Source of the DNA: a virus
IMG/VR virus record: IMGVR_UViG_3300045391_004889
Location: 32,001-96,000 of that record
Direction: 5' to 3' (one strand)
DNA: 64,000 nt
Every line of letters begins with the position of its first letter. Positions within the stretch are counted from its first letter, which is position 1. Below are positions 18,554 to 28,463 of this stretch, in pieces. The notes beneath the pieces are model-generated. The model was not told the DNA's origin. It was given only the letters and a program-made list of their open reading frames with translations, and made no database searches. Made by a program: the position numbers and the translations under genes.

Positions 18554-18832
18554 ATGGCCACGAAGGTGCAGCTGCCACCCGGTTGCAAGGGCTTCGACTG
18601 CAAGGACGGCACGCGATACACGGCCGCCCGCGCAGGCGGCAGCGTGATGATGGAAGACCGACACGCGGCGGCTCTCAACAAGAGCCAGTACGCGAGCCAG
18701 GACTTCATCTCAGGCAAGGGAGCGGAGTCCTTCGGCACCAAGCGTGGTCAGCGCTGCGAACCGTGTCGTCGCACCTGGAACGCGTGGAACGCCACGTGCC
18801 CGAAGTGCGGCGCCGAGACCACCCCGGTGTAG
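18554..18832 (+). CDS. hypothetical Zn-ribbon protein
   Basis: AGGAGG RBS; CEPC...CPKCG. Confidence 0.7.
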   Translation: MATKVQLPPGCKGFDCKDGTRYTAARAGGSVMMEDRHAAALNKSQYASQDFISGKGAESFGTKRGQRCEPCRRTWNAWNATCPKCGAETTPV

Positions 18833-18885
18833 TTGTACGCCGAGCTCTCAGAAACTGAACCGAACAACTTGAGGAAGAGGTCGCC

Positions 18886-19569
18886 ATGACCGTTTGGGCG
18901 CGCAACGACGTGTGCGCGGTGTCCATCTCCCCCGAGCACGGAGGCTGTGGCGAGTCCCACACCCGACCCGTGGTCAAGGGCGCACCCGTCAAGATCTGGG
19001 CACTCACGTGCCACGGCGGCTGCGAGGATCACCTGCGCGGAAACTCGCTCTGGTCTGGCACGCCGCAGGGTGTGCCGGAGACGCCCGACGAGACGGCCAC
19101 CCGTCTCGACGTCGAACGACGCGGGCAGATCGAGCAGCAGGCCACCATGGCAAGCGCGCTCAACGACCTGGCCAAGCTCGGTGACCTGCCGTCGATGATC
19201 GCGCTTTTGGCGCAGTCGATGGCCGGCAACGCCCCACAGCAGCTGACGGGTCAGACGGTTCAGCTCTGCCGCAACGGGCACCGTAACCCGGAGGCCACCA
19301 AGTTCTGCGGGGAGTGCGGGGCGGACATGAACGACGGTGTCGGCAAGGCACCCGTCGCAGAGGTGACCCAGGGTCAGGCCGAGGCGGGCACTCAGCAGGC
19401 TGAGAACGCCTCGAAGTCCGGCATCGACCTGTCCGCCCTGGACCCTGAGACGGCCAAGCTCTCAGACCTCAAGGAGATCGCGGAGCAGGTCGGCGCCCCG
19501 ACCGCTCGCTCCAAGGCGGAGCAGATCTCTCTCATCCAGCAGGCAGTGCAGCAGACCCCGGAAGCGTAA
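18886..19569 (+). CDS. hypothetical protein with Zn ribbon and C-terminal HeH/Rho-N-like helix pair
   Basis: CRNGH...FCGECG; LSDLKEIAEQVG...SKAEQI. Confidence 0.7.
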   Translation: MTVWARNDVCAVSISPEHGGCGESHTRPVVKGAPVKIWALTCHGGCEDHLRGNSLWSGTPQGVPETPDETATRLDVERRGQIEQQATMASALNDLAKLGDLPSMIALLAQSMAGNAPQQLTGQTVQLCRNGHRNPEATKFCGECGADMNDGVGKAPVAEVTQGQAEAGTQQAENASKSGIDLSALDPETAKLSDLKEIAEQVGAPTARSKAEQISLIQQAVQQTPEA

Positions 19570-19586
19570 CCACCAGGACGGAGCGC

Positions 19587-19739
19587 ATGAGGCGCCGAAG
19601 CAAGTGCAGTCTGTGCTCCGGCCACGGGAAGCGTGAGCCGGTGGGGTCCTGCCGGGAGTGCAACTCGGACTTCTGTGACCGTCACGGCACGTGGGTTGAT
19701 GGCAAGTGGCTCTGCGCCAAGTGCGCCAGACGGAGGTAG
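19587..19739 (+). CDS. 50-aa Cys-rich Zn-finger protein (absent from the ORF track)
   Basis: GGAG RBS; MRRRSKCSLC...CREC...CDRH...CAKCARRR; fills the operon gap. Confidence 0.6.
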   Translation: MRRRSKCSLCSGHGKREPVGSCRECNSDFCDRHGTWVDGKWLCAKCARRR

Positions 19740-19748
19740 GGAGGGACA

Positions 19749-20690
19749 GTGGCGACCCCGTACGTGAACCCGGAGATGATCGTCAACGCGCCCACGGGCA
19801 TCTCGTGGTCGATCATTCCCTTCCCCAAGGCCACCACGGCGCAGCAGCTCGCGGAGCAGACGAACATCTGCTGGCGAGCGACGACCATCGTGGACGGCTG
19901 GTGCAATCAGGCGCTGCGTTCCACCATCGACAGCGAGCAGCGCTCAGGACCCGGTGACTACCGCATCAACGTGGAGCAGTCCACGGGGAACGTGCGTTGG
20001 ATCCTGAGTCGCTGGCCGGTGACGGAGATCCTGGCGGTCCAGACGGCGTCCAACGCGGTCTTCCCGCGTCAGTGGACCCAGGTGCCTCAGGGCATGTGGG
20101 ACATCGAGAACCCGGCCATCGGGGTCTACGGCTCCTACGTGCCCGCAGGTTCGGGCGGTGCGGGTGGTCAGTCGATCACCCTCGCCCCCGGCTACGCCGG
20201 CTGGGGTCTCGGCCGTAACGGCTACCGCTTCGCCGCCACGTACGTCAACGGGTGGCCACACGCTGGGTTGAAGGCGGAAGTCACCGCCGGCTCCACCACG
20301 CTCACCGTGGATGACGTCACCGGGTTCGCGGGTGCCAGCGCCTTCATCTACGACGGTGAGAGCACGGAGGTCGTCAGCGTCACCTCGGTGACGGCCAACA
20401 CCCCATACACGCTCCCGAACGGGGGCGGCACCGCACAGGCCGGTCCGGGCACCCTCACCCTGGCCGGCCCGGTGTCGTACAACCACCCGAGCAACCTCAT
20501 CGTGTCGTCGCTTCCTCAGGACGTCATGTGGGCCACGATCCTGGCCGCCACGACCCAGGCCCTGGACGCGGGCATCACCAGCGTCAGCATCCAGAACATC
20601 CCGGGCTCACAGACCGTGGGTGGCCACGGCATTGACGATCTCAAACTGCAGTACCGAGAGCTTCTCAACCCGTACAGGCGGGTGATCTGA
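19749..20690 (+). CDS. head-to-tail adaptor (probable)
   Basis: position; N-terminal TPY...A...VD.WC and C-terminal LLNPYRR patterns typical of adaptors. Confidence 0.65.
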   Translation: MATPYVNPEMIVNAPTGISWSIIPFPKATTAQQLAEQTNICWRATTIVDGWCNQALRSTIDSEQRSGPGDYRINVEQSTGNVRWILSRWPVTEILAVQTASNAVFPRQWTQVPQGMWDIENPAIGVYGSYVPAGSGGAGGQSITLAPGYAGWGLGRNGYRFAATYVNGWPHAGLKAEVTAGSTTLTVDDVTGFAGASAFIYDGESTEVVSVTSVTANTPYTLPNGGGTAQAGPGTLTLAGPVSYNHPSNLIVSSLPQDVMWATILAATTQALDAGITSVSIQNIPGSQTVGGHGIDDLKLQYRELLNPYRRVI

Positions 20691-21169
20691 TGCCGCTCAA
20701 CTCCGTGCAAGAGTACGTCAAGGGACTGCTCGACGGTCTCACCATTCCCGGTGCCGGTGCCTCCCTGGAGGCGTACATCACGCCACCCGTGGTGGAGGAC
20801 ATCGATCACCCGAAGGCGTACATTCTCGGTGGCCGCCTTCGCGGACGTCGACAGACCGCTCCACGTGGCCCGGGCTTCAAGTACCTGGCCTGGGTGGTGG
20901 ACGTGTACATCACCTATGAGACGATCCCGGACAGCCCGACGGTTGACCAGGAGATGGCGTTGATCATCGACGCCATCATGGCCAAGACCTGGACCACGAC
21001 GATGCCGCTGTTCATCACCGACTCGGTGACCGGCGTCAAGAGTCAGATCCTGGCCATCGGTGAGGACTTCGAGCTGGAGTACCCACCGGAACGAACCCCC
21101 GCCACGTTGCGCATGCTGTACTACGCCGCGCGGCTGGGTCTGGACGTCTACGAGGCGGTGCAGGGATGA
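20690..21169 (+). CDS. tail terminator/completion-like protein
   Basis: coupled start; neck-region position. Confidence 0.5.
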   Translation: MPLNSVQEYVKGLLDGLTIPGAGASLEAYITPPVVEDIDHPKAYILGGRLRGRRQTAPRGPGFKYLAWVVDVYITYETIPDSPTVDQEMALIIDAIMAKTWTTTMPLFITDSVTGVKSQILAIGEDFELEYPPERTPATLRMLYYAARLGLDVYEAVQG

Positions 21170-21624
21170 TCAGCATGACGCTGGAGAAGAGCGAGCTGAA
21201 GTTCCGTGATCGCTTCCGATGGAACACCGTCGCCAGACGATGGGCGGTGGAGACCGCCGAGGTCGTCACGCGAGCGGTTCGGGACGCGGCACCCGTCGGC
21301 AAGCGTGAGGGTGAGAACCACAACGGTCAGCTGCGTGACTCCATCGATCACAAGGTCGTCGTCGGCGCGACGAGTGCCACGGTGGAGATCTACAGCCGGG
21401 TGCCGTACGTCGGCTACGTGATCCGAGGCACGTCACCTCACCCGATCCAGCCGGTCAACGCGACCAGGCTACACTGGATCAGCGGTGGCAACCACATCTA
21501 TCGTTCCCTGGTCCAACACCCTGGAACGAAGGCCAACCCGTTCGCGGAGAACGCGACTCGGGGACTCGCCGCGGCGACCAATCGTCGTCTCGCCGAGGCT
21601 GTCAAGACGTCACTGGAGGTATGA
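21166..21624 (+). CDS. HK97 gp10-like neck protein
   Basis: APV...G.LRDSI...Y..YV..GT.PH...V.HPGTKANPF motif. Confidence 0.75.
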   Translation: MISMTLEKSELKFRDRFRWNTVARRWAVETAEVVTRAVRDAAPVGKREGENHNGQLRDSIDHKVVVGATSATVEIYSRVPYVGYVIRGTSPHPIQPVNATRLHWISGGNHIYRSLVQHPGTKANPFAENATRGLAAATNRRLAEAVKTSLEV

Positions 21625-21625
21625 C

Positions 21626-21922
21626 GTGAGGCTGACCTACACCGGTCTGACGCCGGTGACGTTCACCGACAACCGGGTGGGCGAGAAGTTTCCAGGTGAC
21701 GAGTTCAACCTCCCCGACGAAGACGTGACGCCGTTCCTGGCGCGCGCCGACGTCGCAGTGGTTGAGCCCGTCGCCCCGACGCCGGCACTCATGCCTGCGG
21801 TGCTCCCCAGCTTGAGCATCCCCGTCGTTCCCGACGTGGAGCCTGACCCCGAACCGCCGGCCGCCGACGAGGCAGCTGACGAGCCGGTGGCCGACGAGGC
21901 CACCACCGACCCAGCTAGCTAA
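21626..21922 (+). CDS. hypothetical protein (acidic C-terminus)
   Basis: GGAGG RBS before GTG. Confidence 0.6.
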   Translation: MRLTYTGLTPVTFTDNRVGEKFPGDEFNLPDEDVTPFLARADVAVVEPVAPTPALMPAVLPSLSIPVVPDVEPDPEPPAADEAADEPVADEATTDPAS

Positions 21923-21933
21923 GGAGGCCGTCC

Positions 21934-23370
21934 GTGGCTTACCCCACGATCACTGAGAAGTACGGGTCACTCTCCGCGACGGGCTTCGCCAAGGAAGCCG
22001 TGTTCGGGACGCCCGTCGCCGCCAACACGTTCCTCCCCATGATGAGCAACACCATGGAGGAGGACCCAGGGTGGTTCGCGCCGCACCTGATGCAGAACGT
22101 GCGCGACCTTCAGATCTACAACCTCTACGGTGAGGCGAAGTTCCAGGGCACGATCCACGGCCCGATCTTCCCGTCCAACGCCATCGAGGTCATGGTCGCC
22201 TCCATCGGTGCCGACTCGATCGCCGGCTGGGGTGTCTACGGCACCGTGGCCACCCCCACCACGACCACGAGCACCGCGTCGATCACGGCCGGCGCCACGA
22301 CCGTCACGGTCACGAGCCCCACCGGCTTCGCGGTCGGTCAGCAGATCATCGTCGACACGACCGGTTACCCGGAGGCGCGTCTCATCTCGGACGTCACCGG
22401 CAGCGTGATCACCGTCGCCGACGCGTTCGGCTACGCTCACGCGAGCGGCGTTACCGTCGTGACCGGCACGACCACCACGCTCAGCGCCCCGTCCCTGGTG
22501 AACGACACCACGGTCACGGTCACCTCCGCCACCGGCATCGTCATCGGTTCGATCATCCAGGTCGACGTCAACTCGGTGTCAGGTGTCAAGACGTCGGAGG
22601 TCCGCAAGGTCACCGGCGTCGCGACCAACACGCTCACCCTGGACGCGGCGCTGAACTACGCGCACGCCAGCGCCGCACAGGTCACCCTGGTCACCAACCC
22701 GTACACCCACACGCTCAACGAGCAGAACACGCTGCCTTCGCTGACGGTGGAGAAGAACATCGGTGGCTTCCAGTCGCTGCAGTTCGCGGGGTGCCGCGCC
22801 AACAAGTTCGACCTGAAGGCGCCGGTCGGCAACACCGCGGTCGAGATGAGCATGGAGATGATCGGTCGCTCGGTGGCCGTCCTGGACAGCCCGACGGCTG
22901 TCACGGTGGCCAACGAGATGCCGTTCGTCTTCGCGGAGGCGAACCTCAACGTCTTCGGCACGCTTCGCACCGAGGTCAGCAACACCACGGTCTCGATCGA
23001 GAACGGGATGAAGGAGACGTACACGTACTCCAACTTCCACGGTCCCTCGTTCATCACCCCGGTGACGCTGCACACCAGCGGCAGCATCGACGTCGTGTTC
23101 GACAGCCTCGACGACGCCACCTACGGTGACTTCGAGAAGATGGCGAACGGCACCCTCGGCGCGTACCAGTTCAAGTTGGTCCACCCCGACGGCAGCTCGG
23201 TGATCACGATCAACCAGCCGCAGGTCGTGCTCAACAAGTTCGCCAACGACCTCAAGGTCGAGGACGTGGTCATGTCCACGATGACCTATGAGGCCAGCCG
23301 CCCGCTCTCGGGCGCCACGCAGTACACCATCCAGGCCACGGTCGCCAACGCCGTGTACCTGCCATACTAA
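21934..23370 (+). CDS. major tail tube protein with a tandem duplicated insert
   Basis: AAGGAGG RBS; E..FGTP, PSLTVEK, FAGC patterns; upstream of chaperone and tape measure. Confidence 0.85.
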   Translation: MAYPTITEKYGSLSATGFAKEAVFGTPVAANTFLPMMSNTMEEDPGWFAPHLMQNVRDLQIYNLYGEAKFQGTIHGPIFPSNAIEVMVASIGADSIAGWGVYGTVATPTTTTSTASITAGATTVTVTSPTGFAVGQQIIVDTTGYPEARLISDVTGSVITVADAFGYAHASGVTVVTGTTTTLSAPSLVNDTTVTVTSATGIVIGSIIQVDVNSVSGVKTSEVRKVTGVATNTLTLDAALNYAHASAAQVTLVTNPYTHTLNEQNTLPSLTVEKNIGGFQSLQFAGCRANKFDLKAPVGNTAVEMSMEMIGRSVAVLDSPTAVTVANEMPFVFAEANLNVFGTLRTEVSNTTVSIENGMKETYTYSNFHGPSFITPVTLHTSGSIDVVFDSLDDATYGDFEKMANGTLGAYQFKLVHPDGSSVITINQPQVVLNKFANDLKVEDVVMSTMTYEASRPLSGATQYTIQATVANAVYLPY

Positions 23371-23388
23371 GCAAGGAATGAGGCTGCG

Positions 23389-23895
23389 ATGGGCTTCCTC
23401 TCCGCGTACAGCGCGACTCGCAGGGTGGACATCGGTGACCCCGCTCGGGGCTACTGGATCGAGCTCCGGGAGTACATCTCCCAGGGTGCCAAGACCGAGG
23501 CTGAGCGTGCCCTTCAGGGCCGCAGTCGGGTGAACGGGGGTGACGTCGTCATGGACATGGACGTTGCTCGCTACCGTCAGCTGATGGTCACCGCCTCCAT
23601 CTCCGACTGGAACCTGGACGACGACAACGGCAAGATCTGGCCGATCAACGCTCAGAGCGTCCAGCGCATCCCTGGTCCTGAGTTCGACCGGCTGTGGTCC
23701 ATCGTCGATGAGCTGAACACCCCGGTGTCCAGCGAGGAGCAGCGTCAGTTTCCTGGTGGCGGCGTCGACGGCGATCAGGGCGGGACGGCTAGGGACGGGG
23801 AGCCCGCGGTCACTGGGGACGTTCTGGCTCCGGGAGCAGCTGTGGCAGCGCCTTGGCATGAAGCTGGAGGAGCTGGAGCAGCTCCCGTGGCGTGA
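23389..23895 (+). CDS. tail assembly chaperone (G)
   Basis: between tail tube and tape measure; I.DWNL.D motif. Confidence 0.8.
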   Translation: MGFLSAYSATRRVDIGDPARGYWIELREYISQGAKTEAERALQGRSRVNGGDVVMDMDVARYRQLMVTASISDWNLDDDNGKIWPINAQSVQRIPGPEFDRLWSIVDELNTPVSSEEQRQFPGGGVDGDQGGTARDGEPAVTGDVLAPGAAVAAPWHEAGGAGAAPVA

Positions 23896-23992
23896 GGTGA
23901 GTGACTACCTGACCTACCTCCAGCTGACCACCCGCGAGGAGCAGATGCAGCAGGAGCGTGCCCAGAAGGGGGTGCAGCATGGCGGGCGGTGA
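23750..23992 (+). CDS. frameshifted C-terminal extension of the tail assembly chaperone (GT)
   Basis: +1 frame open 23717-23992 encoding WLREQLWQRLGMKLEELEQLPWREV; candidate slip CAG TTT CCT at 23746-23754. Confidence 0.65.
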   Translation, partial: FLVAASTAIRAGRLGTGSPRSLGTFWLREQLWQRLGMKLEELEQLPWREVSDYLTYLQLTTREEQMQQERAQKGVQHGGR

Positions 23993-26843
23993 GGCGTTCA
24001 CGATCCTGGCCATTCTGGAGGCGCGAGATCGCATCTCCGGGGTGATGAACCGGGTTGACGCGACTCTCGATCGGTTTGCTGGCACCTCCGAGCGGGCGGC
24101 TGAGTCTGCTCGGGTGGCCGGTACGGCCATCGACGAGAGTCTTCTGCAGACCGCATCCGGTGCCGACGCGGCTCAAGTCGCGTCGGCTCGGTTGGAGGCG
24201 GCACGCACCCGCTTGCGCATCGCCACGATGGAGCAGGCGGGTGCGGAGCGGGAACTGCTGACGGTCCAGCGTGACATGCTCGTCACCGGTGGCAACAACA
24301 CCGCGGTCATGGAGCGACAGTCAGCTGCAGCTGCGCGTATGGCTGCCGCGGAGCGTGACGCCGCGGTGGCTTCACGTGAGCTGGCTGCGGCTGAGGCTCG
24401 ACAGACGGCCGTCGGTGACGCGATGACCGGCTCCACGACGCGCGCGGGTGCCAGCACGGCGGCTGCGGGAAGTGCCGCAGCCGCCGGCAGCAGCGGCTTC
24501 AAGACGGCCACCAAGTCGATGCTCGGCATCGGCATCGCAGCCGGTGCGATCGTCTACGCGTCACTCAAGGCAGCCACCAGCTTCCAGACCCTCAGCACGC
24601 GTTTGGTCACCTCCGCGGGTGAGTCACGCAGCGCGCTCAAGGGCGTGGAGCAGGGCATGATCCAGATCTCCAACGAGACTGGCGTCATGGCCAACGACGT
24701 CGCGAAGAACATGTACGTCGTTGAGTCGGGTGGCTACCACGGTGCCGCCGGTCTCGAGGTGCTCAGGGCAGCCACCGAGGGTGCCAAGATCGAGGGCGCG
24801 GAGTTTGGCACCGTCGCCAACGCCGTCACCGACGTCTTGAACGACTACCACCTGTCCGCCAACAAGTCAGCTGACGTCACCAGCCAGCTGGTCAAGGCGG
24901 TCTCATACGGTAAGACGAACTTCCAGCTGCTGTCCAGCTCGATGGCCAACGTGCTGCCGCTGGCCGGCTCGCTCGGCATCAAGATGAACGACGTCGTCGG
25001 CATCCTGGCCAACATGACCGCTCACGGTATGACGGCCGCGCGAGCCTCGTTCAACATCGCCAACGCCATGCGTTCCCTGTCCGCGCCCACGAACGTGATG
25101 GGCAAGGAGCTCAAGCTCTTCGGTTTGACCGCTCACGACGTCCAGGCCAGCCTCGGCACCCGTGGCCTGGCAGGCACGATGCAGTGGCTGTCTCAGGTGG
25201 CCAAGGACGGCGCGCCCAAGGTCGGGCAGACGTACAACGAGGCGCTGAAGAAGCTGATGGGTACCGCCACCGGCTTCACGACCGCTCTCATGTCCACCGG
25301 TGAGAACACCAACAAGGTCAACGAGGCGATCAAGGGCATCGGTGAGGCGTCCGCCGACGCGAACGGCAACGTGGAGGGCTTCAGCGACACGCAGAAGACC
25401 CTGGCCTTCCAGCTCGACAAGGCGAAGGCTGCCATCCACAACGCCGGTATCGCGATCGGCACCGCGTTCCTGCCTGCGATCACGAAGATCGCGACGGAAG
25501 TCGCCAAGCTCGCCGGTCCGATGGCCAACTGGATCGAACACCACAAGAAGCTGACCACGTACGTACTGGGTGCGGCAATCGCACTTGGGTTGCTGGCTGG
25601 CGCGATCATGGTGATCGGCGCGATCATCGGTGCGTTGACCAGCATGGTGGGTCTCGTCGTGCTTGCGATTGTCGCACTCGGTGCCGCGTTGATCTACGCC
25701 TACAACCACTCCGCACGGTTCCGGCAGATCGTGCAGACGGTTGGTCAGGCCCTGAAGGTGGCCTGGGATGCCACCATCAAGGCCGTCGCGGTCACCATCA
25801 ACTGGTTCTCCAAGAACGTCGTTCCAGGCATCACGAAGGCCATCAGTGCCGTCTTCGCGTGGTTCAGCGGACACAGCAAGACCTTCACCGGCGCGTGGAA
25901 CAGCGTGTTCGGCGCGATCCAGAGTGCTGCTCAGTGGTTCAAGACCAACGTCCTGGACTGGATCCAGGCTCGCATCAACGACCTCGTGACGTGGTTCAAG
26001 AGCCACAGCGAGGAGATCGAGCAGATCTGGCACGTGATGTGGGACGTCATCAAGACGGCGGCTCAGGTCTGGTGGGACGGCTTCAAGACCATCCTCGCGG
26101 TCGTGCTGGCCGGCTGGAAGACCACCTGGGGCATCATCAAGGACACGGTGAAGCTCGTCTGGGGTGTCATCAGCGACACGATCTCCATGGCGATGCACAC
26201 CATCCTCAACATCATCGGTGTCATCCTGGACCTGATCACCGGTCACTGGGGCAAGGCGTGGAAGGACGTCAAGAAGCTCGTCAGTCAGGGCATCCACGAC
26301 GTCATCAAGACGATCACGGACCTCACGAGCAACTTCGGCACGCTGCTGTATGACGCCGGTCGTAACGTGATCAAGGGTCTCGTGAGCGGCATCAAGTCCA
26401 TGGTCGGCAACGTCAAGGACGCGATCGGCAGTGTCACCAGTACGATCAAGAACCACCTTCCTTGGTCTCCTGCGAAGGAAGGTCCGCTTTCTGGTGGTGG
26501 TGCGCCTGAGATCGGCGGTGCGAACATCACGAAGCTGCTCGCGAAGGGTATCCTGAGCGGCAAGGCCAACGTCAAGGCGGCCATGTCTCAGGTGACCGGT
26601 GCGGCTCTCGGTCCGACGGGTGTCGGTCCCATCGGTGCCGGGGGTGCGATCCCGGGTATGCCACTGGGTATCAACCTGCCGATCGGCGCGACACGTGGAA
26701 CTGGCAATGTTCTCGTGATGCAGTTCGACTTCAAGGGTGCCCAGGTCATGGGAGAGCAGGCGATGGATCAGCTGGCGGACAAGGTGGGTCGCCGTGTGGC
26801 GACGCGCATCCTGCCAGCCGGTGGCGTCAAGATCAGGATGTGA
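23979..26843 (+). CDS. tape measure protein
   Basis: about 955 aa, Ala-rich helical; TP901-type core; Trp-periodic repeats; LPWSPAKEGPL motif. Confidence 0.92.
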   Translation: MAGGEAFTILAILEARDRISGVMNRVDATLDRFAGTSERAAESARVAGTAIDESLLQTASGADAAQVASARLEAARTRLRIATMEQAGAERELLTVQRDMLVTGGNNTAVMERQSAAAARMAAAERDAAVASRELAAAEARQTAVGDAMTGSTTRAGASTAAAGSAAAAGSSGFKTATKSMLGIGIAAGAIVYASLKAATSFQTLSTRLVTSAGESRSALKGVEQGMIQISNETGVMANDVAKNMYVVESGGYHGAAGLEVLRAATEGAKIEGAEFGTVANAVTDVLNDYHLSANKSADVTSQLVKAVSYGKTNFQLLSSSMANVLPLAGSLGIKMNDVVGILANMTAHGMTAARASFNIANAMRSLSAPTNVMGKELKLFGLTAHDVQASLGTRGLAGTMQWLSQVAKDGAPKVGQTYNEALKKLMGTATGFTTALMSTGENTNKVNEAIKGIGEASADANGNVEGFSDTQKTLAFQLDKAKAAIHNAGIAIGTAFLPAITKIATEVAKLAGPMANWIEHHKKLTTYVLGAAIALGLLAGAIMVIGAIIGALTSMVGLVVLAIVALGAALIYAYNHSARFRQIVQTVGQALKVAWDATIKAVAVTINWFSKNVVPGITKAISAVFAWFSGHSKTFTGAWNSVFGAIQSAAQWFKTNVLDWIQARINDLVTWFKSHSEEIEQIWHVMWDVIKTAAQVWWDGFKTILAVVLAGWKTTWGIIKDTVKLVWGVISDTISMAMHTILNIIGVILDLITGHWGKAWKDVKKLVSQGIHDVIKTITDLTSNFGTLLYDAGRNVIKGLVSGIKSMVGNVKDAIGSVTSTIKNHLPWSPAKEGPLSGGGAPEIGGANITKLLAKGILSGKANVKAAMSQVTGAALGPTGVGPIGAGGAIPGMPLGINLPIGATRGTGNVLVMQFDFKGAQVMGEQAMDQLADKVGRRVATRILPAGGVKIRM

Positions 26844-26846
26844 CAG

Positions 26847-28244
26847 ATGGCAATCGCGCACCCGGATCTCACGTTCACCGTCACCCCACCGGGTGGATCC
26901 ACGGTGGACTACACCGACAAGCTGGCGTGGTCTGGTACCGAGAACCAGATGTCGATCACGCAGAACTTCGGCCGCCAGGGCGACACGGGAGTGTTCGTCC
27001 TGGTGGACGAGTATGTGACGACGCCATCTGTGGTCATCCCGGTGCTCAGCCAGGTGAAGCTGACCGACAACACCGCCGGCCAGGTGCTCTTCGCCGGCGT
27101 GTGCAACGACCCGATCCTCGACGTCACGAGCCCGACTCGTAACGAGTGGAACCTGCAGTGCACCGACTACACGTTCTACATGGACAACAAGGTGGTGCAC
27201 GGCAACTTCTACGGGAAGACCACGGACCAGATCGTGGTCTCCCTGGTTGCCCAAGCCAGCTGTGGTGTCACCGCAGCCACCGTCGCAAACGGTGGCTACG
27301 TCGCTCCCGGTCCACAGATCGCCAGCTTCGAGCTGAATTACACCAGCCTCTCCTCGGCGCTTCGTAAGCTGTCTCAGCTGGCCGGCATCGTGACACCGTT
27401 CGGGTGGTACGTGGACGAGCTGCGGCAGCTCCACTTCTTTGACGCCAGCACCGCGTCATCCACGGGTGTTACCTTCACCACGACTCCCACCGCCTCAGGT
27501 GGCGGGTCACTCACCGAGGGTCACTTCGCGGTGGGCAACAACTTCGGCTACGAGTGGGACGGCACGACGGTTCACAACCGCATCCTGGTTCAGGGTGCGG
27601 ATCAGACCATCGGTCACACCACAGTTCCCACCGGCACCCCCACCGACACGTGGAGGTCGAATGGGGTGCAGCACTCATGGCCGCTGCGGCACACCCCGTC
27701 CGGCAACCTTTCACTGCGGGTAGGAAGCAAGTCCACCGCGGTTGACCAGGTGGAAGCAGGCAGCACGTCCACCTCCACGTGGCAGGTTGCGCAAAACGCC
27801 AACGGTCAGTGGTTTCTCAACACGACCGGTACGGTACCTGCCAACGGCATCACCATCAAGCTGTGGTACGATTACCGGGTGCCTGTGGTGGCGCAAGCCA
27901 ATGACTTCGCCTCTCAGACACTCTACGCCGGTCCGAACGGTGGCGTCTACGAGGAGTTCATCAACGACTCCTCGCTGTTCACCGTACCGATGGCGCTCAA
28001 CCGCGCACAGCGTGAGCGTCAGGAGTACGCGTTCGCCGCCGAACGCATCACCTTCACCTCCACCGAGGAGTTCCTCGGCTGGGTGCGAGCAGGCGACGCC
28101 ATTACCGTGGTGAACCAGTTCATCCCGGACGCGCAGAACAACTACAGCATCGGCATCAACGACCTGTTCTTGATCATCAGCAACTCGATTACGTTCACCG
28201 TGGGTGGGTATCGCAACTTGCAGATCACCGCCATTCGAATCTAG
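26847..28244 (+). CDS. minor tail protein (tail-tip/hub-like)
   Basis: directly after the tape measure; WYVD...LHFF hub motif. Confidence 0.7.
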   Translation: MAIAHPDLTFTVTPPGGSTVDYTDKLAWSGTENQMSITQNFGRQGDTGVFVLVDEYVTTPSVVIPVLSQVKLTDNTAGQVLFAGVCNDPILDVTSPTRNEWNLQCTDYTFYMDNKVVHGNFYGKTTDQIVVSLVAQASCGVTAATVANGGYVAPGPQIASFELNYTSLSSALRKLSQLAGIVTPFGWYVDELRQLHFFDASTASSTGVTFTTTPTASGGGSLTEGHFAVGNNFGYEWDGTTVHNRILVQGADQTIGHTTVPTGTPTDTWRSNGVQHSWPLRHTPSGNLSLRVGSKSTAVDQVEAGSTSTSTWQVAQNANGQWFLNTTGTVPANGITIKLWYDYRVPVVAQANDFASQTLYAGPNGGVYEEFINDSSLFTVPMALNRAQRERQEYAFAAERITFTSTEEFLGWVRAGDAITVVNQFIPDAQNNYSIGINDLFLIISNSITFTVGGYRNLQITAIRI

Positions 28245-28253
28245 GAGGTTGTC

Positions 28254-28463
28254 GTGCCAGGAGTGTTCCGGCCGTACAACCTGGTGGACGTGCTCGGTAC
28301 GATGAACGAGCAGCTAACCGCGCCGGTTGGTGACGTGATCGACAGCTTCGGCTACTTCGCGGAGACGGATGAGGCGTTCGCGTTTGCCGACTCGATGACC
28401 ACCACGGTGCAGGTCAACGCGGTGTACGACGCGGGAGTCTGGGGGTCATTCACGTGGGGCTGA
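28254..28463 (+). CDS. small tail protein
   Basis: GGAGG RBS; ends YDAGVWGSFTWG. Confidence 0.6.
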   Translation: MPGVFRPYNLVDVLGTMNEQLTAPVGDVIDSFGYFAETDEAFAFADSMTTTVQVNAVYDAGVWGSFTWG

